From NCBI GenBank assembly GCA_016702545.1, contig JADJDT010000002.1:16834-80833 (forward strand): a DNA stretch of 64,000 nt. The letters run 5' to 3'. The notes below the pieces were generated by a model. That model was not told where the DNA came from. It searched no databases and saw nothing but the letters and a program-made list of their open reading frames with translations. This DNA comes from Pseudomonadota bacterium. GTDB taxonomy: Bacteria > Myxococcota_A > Polyangia > GCA-2747355. The translations under genes and the position numbers were made by a program. This document shows positions 32,903 through 42,350 of the stretch, piece after piece (position 1 is the stretch's first letter; each line of letters starts with the position of its first letter).

Positions 32903-34893
32903 GCGCCCAGCGCCAACCCAATCGCCGTATCCGGCCGCTCTGGGCCCGGACCCTCCGCTGAACCGGTAGGTTCGACGCGAGCATCGGCACCCTCGCCGGC
33001 CGCCGCCCCAACGTAGGGTTGGTAGCCGCCGACGTGGCGGGCGAGCTCGGCGCGTAGCAGCGCCGGTGCCGCGGTCGTCGCGAGGGCCGCAAGCCCCTCG
33101 ATCGCCGCGACCAACTGACCGTGCTCGACATCCTGATGCGCGCCGATCCAGATGCGAGGGTGCTTGGTCGTGGTCGCGTTCTCGGCGGAGAGGTTGATCT
33201 CCTCGCACAGCTTCTCACCCGGTCGCATGCCGGTGAACGCGATCTCGATGTCTTCGTCGGGGACGTACCCCGACAGCGCGATCAGGTCGCGCGCCAGGGC
33301 CACGATCGCCACCGGCTGCCCCATCTCGAGGATGAAGATCTCCCCACCCCGACCCATCGTCGCCGCCTGCAGCACGAGCTGGCTGGCCTCGGGGATGGTC
33401 ATGAAATAGCGCCGCATCTCGGGGTGCGTCACCGTGACCGGGCCGCCCCGGGCGATCTGCTCGCGGAAGAGCGGCACGACACTGCCCTGGCTGCCGAGCA
33501 CGTTGCCGAAGCGCACGGTGATGAAGCGCGTGGACGAGCGCTGGGCCAGCGCTTGGACGTACATCTCGGCCAGACGCTTGGTCGCACCCATCACCGAGGT
33601 CGGGTTGACGGCCTTGTCGGTCGAGATCATCACGAAGGCATCGACGCCGTGCTCGTGCGCGAGGTCCGCCATGTTGCGGCTGCCGAGCACGTTGTTGCGG
33701 ATCGCCTCACCCGGATTGAGCTCCATCAGCGGCACATGCTTGTGGGCCGCCGCGTGAAAGACGACCCGCGGACGGTGGGCGGCAAGAATGGTCGCCATCC
33801 GCGTGCGGTCGGTCACGCTGCCGATCAGCGGGGTCAGCCGCGCGGGATCGAAGCCGCGCGCCAGCTCGTGCTCGATGTGGAAGATCGGGGTCTCGGCCTG
33901 GTCCAGCAGCAGCAGCTGCCGCGGCCCGTAGCGCACCACCTGGCGGCAGATCTCGGAGCCGATGCTGCCACCGGCACCCGTGACGAGCACCACCTTGTCG
34001 GCAATGAAGGACGCGATCGCGTCCTCTTCGAGCTGAACCGCCTCGCGCCCCAGCAGGTCCTCGATCGCCACATCGCGCACCTTGGAGATGCTGACGCGGC
34101 CGCCGAGGATTTCGTAGAGACCGGGGATGATCTGCACCCGCAGCCCCGCCGCCTCGGCCAACGCCACCAGCCGGCGGATGGTCGCGGCCGGCGCCCGCGC
34201 AATCGTGATGATCGCCAGCTCGGCCTGCTCGGCCGCGGCGAAGGCCGCCAGCGCCTCGGTGCCCCCGAGCACGCGAAAGCCGTGGATGATCGTCCCGTGC
34301 TTGTGGGGATCATCGTCGAGAAATCCCACGACCTTGAAGCCCAGCGCCGCGGTCGAATGCACCTCGCGCGCCACCATCACCCCGGCGGCACCGGCGCCGA
34401 TCAGCAGCGCGCGGGTCTTCTCTTGCGCCACGTCCGGGCGCGCGCGCAGCGCGCTCCGGCCGTCGCGCTCGGTCTTGACCCGCCACAGCACGCGCACCGC
34501 CACCAATCCAAAGGTCGCCAGCAGCAGCTCAGCCGCCAACACGCCATAGGGCACCACCGCCAGCGTCTGATTGACCTGCAGCCCCAGTCCGACGGTCACG
34601 GGCGCCAGACCGTAGCGCAGCAGCAGCAGCACCGCCGACCCGGCCAGGAGGGCGCCGAAGATGCGCGGAAGATCACGCAGGCCGACGTAGCGCCAAACCA
34701 GTCGATGAACGCCAAAGCCGAAGAGCAGCCCCATCCGCACCACGATGACGTAAGGCAGCAGCAGCACCAACTGCTTGGCGTAGATCCGCGGCAGCAGCCC
34801 TTCGAAGCGCATCAGATAGGCGAGCAGCAAGGCCACTGCGACAACGGTAGCGTCGACAGCGTGCTGCAGGGCGCGGGCACGAGAGAGCTTCAT
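32899..34893 (-). CDS. Membrane-anchored UDP-GlcNAc 4,6-dehydratase (PglF/CapD/WbpM family)
   Basis: N-terminal 4 TM helices plus SDR domain (VLVTGAGGSIGSEI, ISTDKAV, YxxxK), 664 aa. Confidence 0.9.
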   Translation of the reverse strand: MKLSRARALQHAVDATVVAVALLLAYLMRFEGLLPRIYAKQLVLLLPYVIVVRMGLLFGFGVHRLVWRYVGLRDLPRIFGALLAGSAVLLLLRYGLAPVTVGLGLQVNQTLAVVPYGVLAAELLLATFGLVAVRVLWRVKTERDGRSALRARPDVAQEKTRALLIGAGAAGVMVAREVHSTAALGFKVVGFLDDDPHKHGTIIHGFRVLGGTEALAAFAAAEQAELAIITIARAPAATIRRLVALAEAAGLRVQIIPGLYEILGGRVSISKVRDVAIEDLLGREAVQLEEDAIASFIADKVVLVTGAGGSIGSEICRQVVRYGPRQLLLLDQAETPIFHIEHELARGFDPARLTPLIGSVTDRTRMATILAAHRPRVVFHAAAHKHVPLMELNPGEAIRNNVLGSRNMADLAHEHGVDAFVMISTDKAVNPTSVMGATKRLAEMYVQALAQRSSTRFITVRFGNVLGSQGSVVPLFREQIARGGPVTVTHPEMRRYFMTIPEASQLVLQAATMGRGGEIFILEMGQPVAIVALARDLIALSGYVPDEDIEIAFTGMRPGEKLCEEINLSAENATTTKHPRIWIGAHQDVEHGQLVAAIEGLAALATTAAPALLRAELARHVGGYQPYVGAAAGEGADARVEPTGSAEGPGPERPDTAIGLALGA

Positions 34894-35066
34894 GGCAGGA
34901 TGTCCAGCACGGGTTGCCGTACCATTGACGCTCTGACGGTGGAGGTCAAGAGGCCTGTCGAGCGGTCGGTGTCACGGGCCAGCCGGGGCCGGTGCCACTG
35001 CCGCGCAGTTGGCGCTAGTCCCCGGGCGCGGACCTGGGTAGAACAGGAGCGCCAGGGGCGCGCCGC

Positions 35067-36962
35067 GTGAAGATCCTCGTCGTTCATCAGCACTACCTCT
35101 TTCCGGGCGCACCGGGGGGCTCGCGCTTCAACGAGCTGGCGCGGCTGTGGCGCGAGGCGGGCCATCAGGTGACCGTCATCGCAGGATCGCTCAACTACAA
35201 CACGGGCGAGACCCCGGCCGCGCTGCGCGGCAAGTGGGTCGCGCGGCAGGAGGAGGGCGGCGTCACCGTCTGGCGCTGCCACGTGCCGAGCAGCTATGGG
35301 GCGGGCTACTGGGGCCGCATGTGGGCCTTCTTCGGCTTCACGCTCTCGGCCTCGACGGCGGCGCTGAGGGCCGGCCAGCCCGAGGTCGTGGTCGCGACCT
35401 CGCCCCCGCTGGTGGCTGCCCTTCCCGGCTGGCTCGCGGCGCGGCTGCGCTGGAGGCGCGTGCCCTGGGTCTTCGAGGTGCGCGACCTGTGGCCCGAGAG
35501 CGCCGTCACCACGGGGGTGCTCAGCGAACGCTCACCGCTGACGAAGCTGCTCTACGCGCTCGAGCGCTGGGCCTGCGGCAGCGCGCAGCTGATCAATGTG
35601 CTGACGCCCGCGTTCCGCGACGACCTGGTGCGGCGCGGCCTGGCGCTGCCCGCCAAGATCGTGCTGATCCCCAACGGCGCCGACCTCGATCACTTCCAGC
35701 CGGGCCCGCGCGACAACGACGTGCGCCGCGAGCAGGCCTGGGGCGACCGCTTCGTCGTGATGTACGCGGGCGCCCATGGGCGAGCCAACGCGGTCGGCCA
35801 GCTGCTCGACGCGGCCGAGCTGCTGCGTGATCGCGCGGACATCTTGATCGCCACGGTCGGTGACGGACCCCAGCGCGTCGAGCTCGAGCAGCGCGCCCGC
35901 GCGCGCGGGTTGACCAACGTGATGTTCTGTGGCCCGCAGGCCAAGGAGCGCATGCCGGCCTTCGTCAACGCCTGCGACGTCGGCGCGGCGGTGCTGCAGA
36001 ACAACCCAACCTTTCGCACGGTCTACCCCAACAAGGTCTTCGACTACATGGCGTGCGAACGGCCGACCCTGCTGGCGATCGATGGCGTCGCGCGCGAGCT
36101 GGTCTGCGAGCAGGCCGCCGCCGGCCTGTTCGCCGAGCCGGAGAACGCCGCAGCGCTGGCCCAAGCGATTCGCCAGCTCGCCGACGACCGGGCGGCGGGG
36201 CTGGCGATGGGACGCCGTGGCCGCGCCTGGGTGCTGGCGCACGCCAGCCGCCGGGCGCTGGCGACGCGCTACCTCGAGGTGCTGGGAGCTGGTGTCTTGA
36301 ACACGCCCTGGGACGAGCTCTACGTCTACGGCGCGGGCGGGCACGGCAAGGTCGTGGCGGATGTGGTGCTGCGCGCCGACCTGCCCGCCTTCCGTGGCTT
36401 CATCGACGACGCCTGCGCCAGGCCGCAGCCCAACGGCCCGCTCGGACTGCCGCTGCTGGGCAGCGGCGAGTGGTTGGCAGAGCGCGCGCGCCGGGTGCGC
36501 ATCGCCGTCGCCCTCGGGCTCGGCGACAATCGCCTGCGGCAGCGAGTGGCCCAGCAATGCGTGGCGTGGGGCATCGTGCTGGCCTCGCCAGTGCATCCAA
36601 GGGCCGCCGTAGCGCCCTCCGCTCGCCTCGGCGCCGGCACCGTGATCATGGCCGGCGCCGCGGTCAATCCGGACGCGGCGCTCGGGGAGGGCGTGATCAT
36701 CAACACCGGCGCCGTCGTCGAGCACGACAATGAGATCGGCGACTACGCCCATCTCTCGGCCAACGCGGCGACCGGCGGCCAGGTGCGCATCGGGGCGCTG
36801 GCGCAGCTGGGGCTCGGCGCGGTGGTGCTGCCGCGCCTCAGCGTCGGTTGCGGATCGATCGTCGGCGCGGGCGCCGTCGTGATCGATGACCTGCCGGAGC
36901 ACGTCGTCGCGGTCGGCGTGCCGGCCCGGATCCTGAGGCGTTGCCCCGACGCGCCGCCCTGA
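35067..36962 (+). CDS. Fusion protein: GT4 glycosyltransferase (WbuB-like) N-domain plus PglD/NeuD-like hexapeptide N-acetyltransferase C-domain
   Basis: N-terminal 400 aa with GT-B signature (EX7E region). C-terminal about 210 aa with NeuD/PglD Rossmann-like start (LYVYGAGGHGKVVADVV) and left-handed beta-helix repeats. Confidence 0.8.
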   Translation: MKILVVHQHYLFPGAPGGSRFNELARLWREAGHQVTVIAGSLNYNTGETPAALRGKWVARQEEGGVTVWRCHVPSSYGAGYWGRMWAFFGFTLSASTAALRAGQPEVVVATSPPLVAALPGWLAARLRWRRVPWVFEVRDLWPESAVTTGVLSERSPLTKLLYALERWACGSAQLINVLTPAFRDDLVRRGLALPAKIVLIPNGADLDHFQPGPRDNDVRREQAWGDRFVVMYAGAHGRANAVGQLLDAAELLRDRADILIATVGDGPQRVELEQRARARGLTNVMFCGPQAKERMPAFVNACDVGAAVLQNNPTFRTVYPNKVFDYMACERPTLLAIDGVARELVCEQAAAGLFAEPENAAALAQAIRQLADDRAAGLAMGRRGRAWVLAHASRRALATRYLEVLGAGVLNTPWDELYVYGAGGHGKVVADVVLRADLPAFRGFIDDACARPQPNGPLGLPLLGSGEWLAERARRVRIAVALGLGDNRLRQRVAQQCVAWGIVLASPVHPRAAVAPSARLGAGTVIMAGAAVNPDAALGEGVIINTGAVVEHDNEIGDYAHLSANAATGGQVRIGALAQLGLGAVVLPRLSVGCGSIVGAGAVVIDDLPEHVVAVGVPARILRRCPDAPP

Positions 36963-36984
36963 CGCCGCGCCGACCCGCCCACCT

Positions 36985-38199
36985 TCAGCCGGCGCTGGCC
37001 ACGTGAAGCACCTTGGCGATCGCCTCGCCGGTGTCGTCGATCTCGGCGTCCGACAGCGTCGGGTGCACCATGAACATCAGGCTGGTGGCACCCAGTCGCT
37101 CGGCGGTCGGCAGCCGCGGCGATGGGCGCAGGGCTGGCGGAAACGCCTGCTCGAGGTAGATCTCGCTGCAGCTACCGCTGCCGCAGGGAATCCCCTCGGC
37201 GGCGATCGCCTGCATCACCCGATCTCGGCTCCAACCGTCGCGCAGCCCCTCGAGCTCGAGGAAGGCGTAGTACTTGTAGTAGGCGTGGTACACCTCGGGC
37301 GGTGGCGTGGGCAGGCGCAGCGCCGTCACCGCTGCCAGCCGCGCCGTGAGCCGCGCCGCATGCGCGCGCCGCCGCTCGACCCAGCCGTCGAGGCGCTGCA
37401 GCCCGATGCGGCCGACGGCCGACTGCAGCTCCGTCAGGCGCCAGTTCGTCCCCGGCCCTTCGTGCAGCCAGCGGAAGCCAGGGGGATGCTGCCGCTCATA
37501 GACGGCCTCCCAGCTCTTGCCGTGGTCTTTGTAGCTCCAGGCCCGTGACCAGAGTTCCCGATCATTGGTGGTGAGCGCGCCACCCTCGCCGGCCGTGGTC
37601 ACGATCTTGTCCTGACAGAACGAGAACGCGGCCACGTGACCGAGGCTCCCGACCGGCCGCCCGCCGTAGCGCGCCCCGTGGGCTTGCGCGCAGTCCTCGA
37701 TCAGAAAGAGACCACGGCGCTGACAGAGCGCCAGCAGCTCATCGGCCGCCACCGGCCAGCCCGCGAGATGGACCGCCACCACCGCCCGGGTGCGGGGCGT
37801 CAAGACAGCCTCCACCGTCGCGGCGCTCAGATTCTGGCTCTCGCGCTCGACATCGGCGAAGACCGGCCGCGCCCCTCGCATCATCACGCTGCTCGCGCTG
37901 GCCAGGAAGGTGCGGCTCGGCACCACGACCTCGTCGCCCGCGCCGATACCCAGCGCGGCCAGGGCGAGCTCGAGCGCCACCGTGCCGTTGGCGAGGGCCA
38001 CTGCATGGGCGCAACCCGCGACCCGGGCCAGCTCGCGCTCGAAGTGACGGCCTTCGTCGCCGGTCCAGTAATTGACCCGCCCGGAGCGCAGGACCGCCGC
38101 CGCCGCTTCGACCTGCGCGGCGTCGAAGCTCGGCCAGGGCGCGAGGGCGGCGCTGCGCACGGGCGTCCCTCCCTCGATCGCCAGCCTATCCCCCGCCAT
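36985..38199 (-). CDS. DegT/DnrJ/EryC1/StrS-family PLP-dependent sugar aminotransferase (PglE/WecE-like)
   Basis: 404 aa, DegT/DnrJ/EryC1-family similarity. Confidence 0.9.
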   Translation of the reverse strand: MAGDRLAIEGGTPVRSAALAPWPSFDAAQVEAAAAVLRSGRVNYWTGDEGRHFERELARVAGCAHAVALANGTVALELALAALGIGAGDEVVVPSRTFLASASSVMMRGARPVFADVERESQNLSAATVEAVLTPRTRAVVAVHLAGWPVAADELLALCQRRGLFLIEDCAQAHGARYGGRPVGSLGHVAAFSFCQDKIVTTAGEGGALTTNDRELWSRAWSYKDHGKSWEAVYERQHPPGFRWLHEGPGTNWRLTELQSAVGRIGLQRLDGWVERRRAHAARLTARLAAVTALRLPTPPPEVYHAYYKYYAFLELEGLRDGWSRDRVMQAIAAEGIPCGSGSCSEIYLEQAFPPALRPSPRLPTAERLGATSLMFMVHPTLSDAEIDDTGEAIAKVLHVASAG

Positions 38200-38294
38200 C
38201 GTTCGTCCTCCTGGTCACGCGCCGCCACCGGTCAGCCGCAGGGCGCAGCCGAGGTCGTGGACGCGCCACGGGGTGCCGAGCCCTTCGCCGGCCA

Positions 38295-38756
38295 TCAGAC
38301 CGGATAGACGTTCTTCAGCAGCGCGTAGATATCGCCCTCGACCGTGCGAATCACCCGCGCCGGCACGCCCGCCACGATGCTGTTGTCCGGCACGTCGTGA
38401 ATCACCACGGCATTGGCCCCGATGATCACGTTGGAACCGACCTTGATCGCGCCGAGGATACGCGCCCCGGCCGAGATGTAGACGTTATCGCCGATCTCGG
38501 GGATGGTGTCGGGGTCGAGCTGGCGGCCGATCGTCACGTTCTGGCCGATCACCACGCGGCGTCCGATCTTGGCCCGTCGGTGCACCACGACGCCGATGCC
38601 GAAGTAGGCCAACTTGCTTTCGGGCCCAATCTGCGCGCTGTGCGGCACTGAGCTGTTGGCCAGCAGAAAGGTCAGCGCGTCGGTCAGGCGCGGCACCAGC
38701 GGGATGCCCCGCCGGTAGCAGTAGTGACCCACGCGGTAGAAGGTCATGGCGTTCAT
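38295..38756 (-). CDS. Hexapeptide-repeat O-acetyltransferase (serine acetyltransferase/WcaB-like)
   Basis: CysE-like N-terminus after internal Met (MNAMTFYRVGHYCYRRGIPLV) plus LbH repeats. Confidence 0.75.
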   Translation of the reverse strand: MNAMTFYRVGHYCYRRGIPLVPRLTDALTFLLANSSVPHSAQIGPESKLAYFGIGVVVHRRAKIGRRVVIGQNVTIGRQLDPDTIPEIGDNVYISAGARILGAIKVGSNVIIGANAVVIHDVPDNSIVAGVPARVIRTVEGDIYALLKNVYPV

Positions 38757-38790
38757 CGTCCCAGTTCCTCCGCGCCTCTGAGCCCCGCGT

Positions 38791-39975
38791 TCAAGGCTCG
38801 ACCCCGGCCGGCGCGACGGCACGCAACCCGCGCCACGTGCGCCGCGCGCCGACACGCTCGGCCAACGCCGCCTCGATCACCGCATGCACCCGACGCCACC
38901 CGGCCGCGACGTCGTGCTGACGCACCACATGGGCCCTGGCGGCCGCGCCCAGCCGCTGGCGGAGCGCCGCGTCGCCAATCAAGCGCGCCAACGCGGCGGC
39001 GAGCGCCTCGGGGTTCTGTGGCGGCACGATCAGACCGGTCTCGCCGTCGGTCACCAGCTCGCGCACAGCGCCGACATCGGTGGCCACCACCGGCAGCCCG
39101 GCGCCCATCGCCTCGAGCAGCGCGTTCGGAAACCCTTCGACATGCGAAGGAAAGACGTAGAGGTCGGCCGCGGCCAGGGCCTGCAGCTTGTCAGGCCCCT
39201 TGAGCCAGCCGGCGAGCTCGCAGCAGCCCGCCACGCCCCGCTGTGCCAGCGCCTGCTCGACCGCGCCCCGGTCCGGCCCTTCGCCACCGATCACGATCCG
39301 CGCCGCGGACCGCTCGCGCTCCCCGAGCCGCGCCACGGCCTCGACCAGATCGAGCACCCCCTTGGCCCGCTCGAGCCGGCTGAGAAAGAGGACCCGCACG
39401 GGCGCGCCCGTCGCGGCCGCCGTGGGGCGCGGCAACGCCGTGTAGGGCCGCGTGTCGATCCAGTTGGGCACCACCGCGAAGCGCTCCGGCGGCAGGGCCC
39501 CGAGCGCGCGGTAGTAGCGCGCCCAGACCTCGCCCTGACACATCACGCGAGCCGCGCTGGCGAAGATCAGTCGCGCGAAGCGTCGCAGCTGCGCCGAGCG
39601 CGCCAGATCGTCGACGAGATGCCCCGAGCGCGGTGTGATGATCGCGGGCTTGCCGCAAGCGGTTGCGAGCAACACCATCACGCCCTTCTCCGCCAGGCTG
39701 GACCCGCCCGCCACGAAGATCAGCGCGCCGCGCACGCGCGGGTCGAGCAGTTGCAGCGAGAAGCGTGCGATACGCCCACCCGCCGCCAACGCCCGCCGCC
39801 ACGGCGGGGGAGGCGGCCACGAAAGCAGCGTCGAGTCGATCAAGCGCCAGCGCACCTGCTCGGAGAGCGGGCTGTCGAGCAGGCTGCGACAGGCAAAGAT
39901 CGCCCCCCCCACCGTACCGTCGCGGGCCTCGCGCCGGAACGATCCGACGAAGACGATGGTGGGTGGGCGCGGCAT
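38791..39975 (-). CDS. Glycosyltransferase family 4
   Basis: GT4 C-terminal motif region (FVFPSHVEGFPNALLEAMGAGLPVVATDVG); start uncertain between 39975 and 40011. Confidence 0.85.
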   Translation of the reverse strand: MPRPPTIVFVGSFRREARDGTVGGAIFACRSLLDSPLSEQVRWRLIDSTLLSWPPPPPWRRALAAGGRIARFSLQLLDPRVRGALIFVAGGSSLAEKGVMVLLATACGKPAIITPRSGHLVDDLARSAQLRRFARLIFASAARVMCQGEVWARYYRALGALPPERFAVVPNWIDTRPYTALPRPTAAATGAPVRVLFLSRLERAKGVLDLVEAVARLGERERSAARIVIGGEGPDRGAVEQALAQRGVAGCCELAGWLKGPDKLQALAAADLYVFPSHVEGFPNALLEAMGAGLPVVATDVGAVRELVTDGETGLIVPPQNPEALAAALARLIGDAALRQRLGAAARAHVVRQHDVAAGWRRVHAVIEAALAERVGARRTWRGLRAVAPAGVEP

Positions 39976-40042
39976 CAGGCTGCTCTCTTCATCCGCGTTG
40001 GCGAATCGCATTGACGAATCGGGCGGCACACTAGCGCAGCGA

Positions 40043-42169
40043 TCAGCCGGCACCAAGCCCTACCGCTTCGATCAGGCCCTCGCGCAAGCCGAAGGTCAGC
40101 GGCGGAGCCGCCTGATCGAGCCGCACGCACCAGCGCTGCGCCGCATCGACCTGCGGTGCGGCCACCCGGGGCCCGATCAGGGTGACGAAGGTCTGGGGCA
40201 GCGTGCCGCGGCAGCGAGCCACGATGGCCGGGGTCGGCGTCTTCTCGCCGTAGTAGCGCGACAGCCAGCCGAGCGGCGGATCGGCCTGCCCGGCCGTCAC
40301 CGCGATCGTGCGCGCAGCCCCGGCCCCGTCGAGCACCCGCAGCTCGAGCTCACCGGCGGGCGTCTCCAGCGCGACCGCGCCGGCAGCCTGCTCGGCGCGC
40401 CAGGGGAAGGGGCCCGCGAGCCAGTGCAAGCGCAGCTCGTGCTCCCCGGTGCCGCGGAGCTCGTCGACCACGATCCAGCCCTGTCCCTTGAGCCAGAGCA
40501 CGCAGCGCCGGTGCACGCAGGCGCCCGCATAACGCGTGTAGCCCTCGTGCTCGCCGGCCATCAGGGCGTAGGACCCATGGTCACGCCAGCGCAGCAGACG
40601 GGCCTTGGCCGGATAGAGCAGCTTGAAGCGCCGATGGTGCACCATTTGGTCGCGACCATCGACGACGACGGTGTTGTGGCTGGCGCTGCCCACGAAGTGG
40701 CGATGCCACTGCACGGGTCCGTTGTAGAGGTAGCTGCCGCCATCGACCAGGACGTTGTGTCCGCGCCACCACAGGTCGAGATGCAACATGTCGATCTGGG
40801 CGAAGCGGTCGCGCAAGGTGCCGCAGCGCAGCACGCACAGCGCTTCACCCGCGGCGTCGCGCAGCACGTGTTGACCCGCGATCGCGAAGGACCGGCTGCG
40901 CCGCGCGGGCGGGCGCAGCGGCGCGTCGGCCAGCCTCGTCGCCCCGACCAGCCAGACGGCCTCTTCGTCCCACGGTCCAGCGGGATAGAGCCGCTCGCCC
41001 CGCGCCCGCAGCTGCGCGGCCTGCAGCGTCGGTCGGAAATCGCTGTAGTCGCAGAGGCTGAGCGGGCTGGGCAAGGCCCCGTCGTTGGCGCCGAAGTTCG
41101 GCAGTCGACCATCGCTGCTCTGCTGTTGCGCGCAGAGAAAGTCGACCGATCGCGCCAGCGCCCGCAACCAGCTGGCCGCCGGACGACGCCCGGCTCCTTC
41201 AGCCAGGGCGCAGGCCCACAACAGCACCTGCAGCGCGACGCGCTGGTAGTTGTGCGACTGCTGGAGGTAACCACCGTCCGGATAGAACTGGCGCTCAGCT
41301 TGTTCGTCGAGGAGCGCCGAGCCCCGCTGCCACCACGACGCCGCCTCCGGATCGTCGGCGAGCAGGCTGGCCCCGAGCAGCAGCCCGCAGGCCTCCGAGA
41401 GCAGGTGGTTGTTGGAGACCGCGTAGCGGGCGTATTCCAGGTAGCGGGCGACGTGCTGCACATGGGCCCGAAGGGCCGAGCTCAGCGCCACGGCGTCGAG
41501 GCCGCGGCGCAGCTCGGGCAGCGCGTGCAGGGCGAAGGACCAGGCCATCAGACGAAAGACGAGCTCCTGACCGGAGGCCCAGTGAGCGCCCTGCGCCGGC
41601 GGGTTGGCCGCGATGAAGTCCGTGATCTGGCGGGCCAGGGCCGCGACGAGCTGCGCGCGGAGCGGATGCCCTGGCTCGTATTGCAGGGCCGCGCGCGCCA
41701 GCAGGTAGGCCTGCGGGAAGCGCCCGACCTCCCACACCAGCTTGATGTCGCCCACCGCGGTAGGCGCGGCGAGCGCCCGCGACCAATGCAGGTCCGCCGG
41801 CCACCGCCGGCCCGTCGTCGGGTCGCGCTGCCAATCCACGGGGTCGCCGTAGTCGCCCAGCCAGCGACCAAAGCAGAGGATCCGCCCGTGGGCCGCCTCT
41901 TCGGCGTAGCGCTGGAGCCCCAGGCGCGCGGGCTCGCTGCCCAGCGACCGCACCACTTCGCTGGCCGCAGCCGGGTCGCCGAGGCCGATCCGCGCGACGC
42001 CGCGCTGGAGGGCGGCCGCGCGCTCCGGCAGCGCGCGCGCCTGCTCGCCGCCGCTACGATCACGCCAGGCGAAATAGCCGCTGCGCCGGCGCAGCTCCCA
42101 GGCCACGCGATACGCCGAGCCGAAGAGCCCCAGCTCGCGCAGCTCCTGCCATGTGTCGCGCAGCTTCAT
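40043..42169 (-). CDS. Heparinase II/III-family protein (alginate-lyase-like N-domain plus Hepar_II_III C-domain)
   Basis: About 700 aa, heparinase II/III-family similarity with the conserved central His/Asn-containing region; function in glycan clusters unknown. Confidence 0.75.
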   Translation of the reverse strand: MKLRDTWQELRELGLFGSAYRVAWELRRRSGYFAWRDRSGGEQARALPERAAALQRGVARIGLGDPAAASEVVRSLGSEPARLGLQRYAEEAAHGRILCFGRWLGDYGDPVDWQRDPTTGRRWPADLHWSRALAAPTAVGDIKLVWEVGRFPQAYLLARAALQYEPGHPLRAQLVAALARQITDFIAANPPAQGAHWASGQELVFRLMAWSFALHALPELRRGLDAVALSSALRAHVQHVARYLEYARYAVSNNHLLSEACGLLLGASLLADDPEAASWWQRGSALLDEQAERQFYPDGGYLQQSHNYQRVALQVLLWACALAEGAGRRPAASWLRALARSVDFLCAQQQSSDGRLPNFGANDGALPSPLSLCDYSDFRPTLQAAQLRARGERLYPAGPWDEEAVWLVGATRLADAPLRPPARRSRSFAIAGQHVLRDAAGEALCVLRCGTLRDRFAQIDMLHLDLWWRGHNVLVDGGSYLYNGPVQWHRHFVGSASHNTVVVDGRDQMVHHRRFKLLYPAKARLLRWRDHGSYALMAGEHEGYTRYAGACVHRRCVLWLKGQGWIVVDELRGTGEHELRLHWLAGPFPWRAEQAAGAVALETPAGELELRVLDGAGAARTIAVTAGQADPPLGWLSRYYGEKTPTPAIVARCRGTLPQTFVTLIGPRVAAPQVDAAQRWCVRLDQAAPPLTFGLREGLIEAVGLGAG

Positions 42170-42350
42170 CGGTCGTAATCGTTCACGGGGGTATGTCCCA
42201 TACCCCCGCCCCAAAAGGGGGGGCAGTCCGGCGCGCCGAACGTCGCGCCGCGCGCGCGCTTGGTCGCGCTCGCGTGCAGTGGATCCAGACTCCGTGAGCC
42301 ATCGCAGCGCATTGAGGGCCGTGAACTGTCACCATCGGTCTCGGCGCCGC

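Noticed and set aside
42215-42350. Hairpin GGGGGTATG-TCC-CATACCCCC plus CCCCAAAAGGGGGGG as an intrinsic terminator after wzc
   Set aside because: On the transcribed (minus) strand it is not followed by a U-tract; noted only as a possible stabilising stem-loop between wzc and the heparinase-like gene
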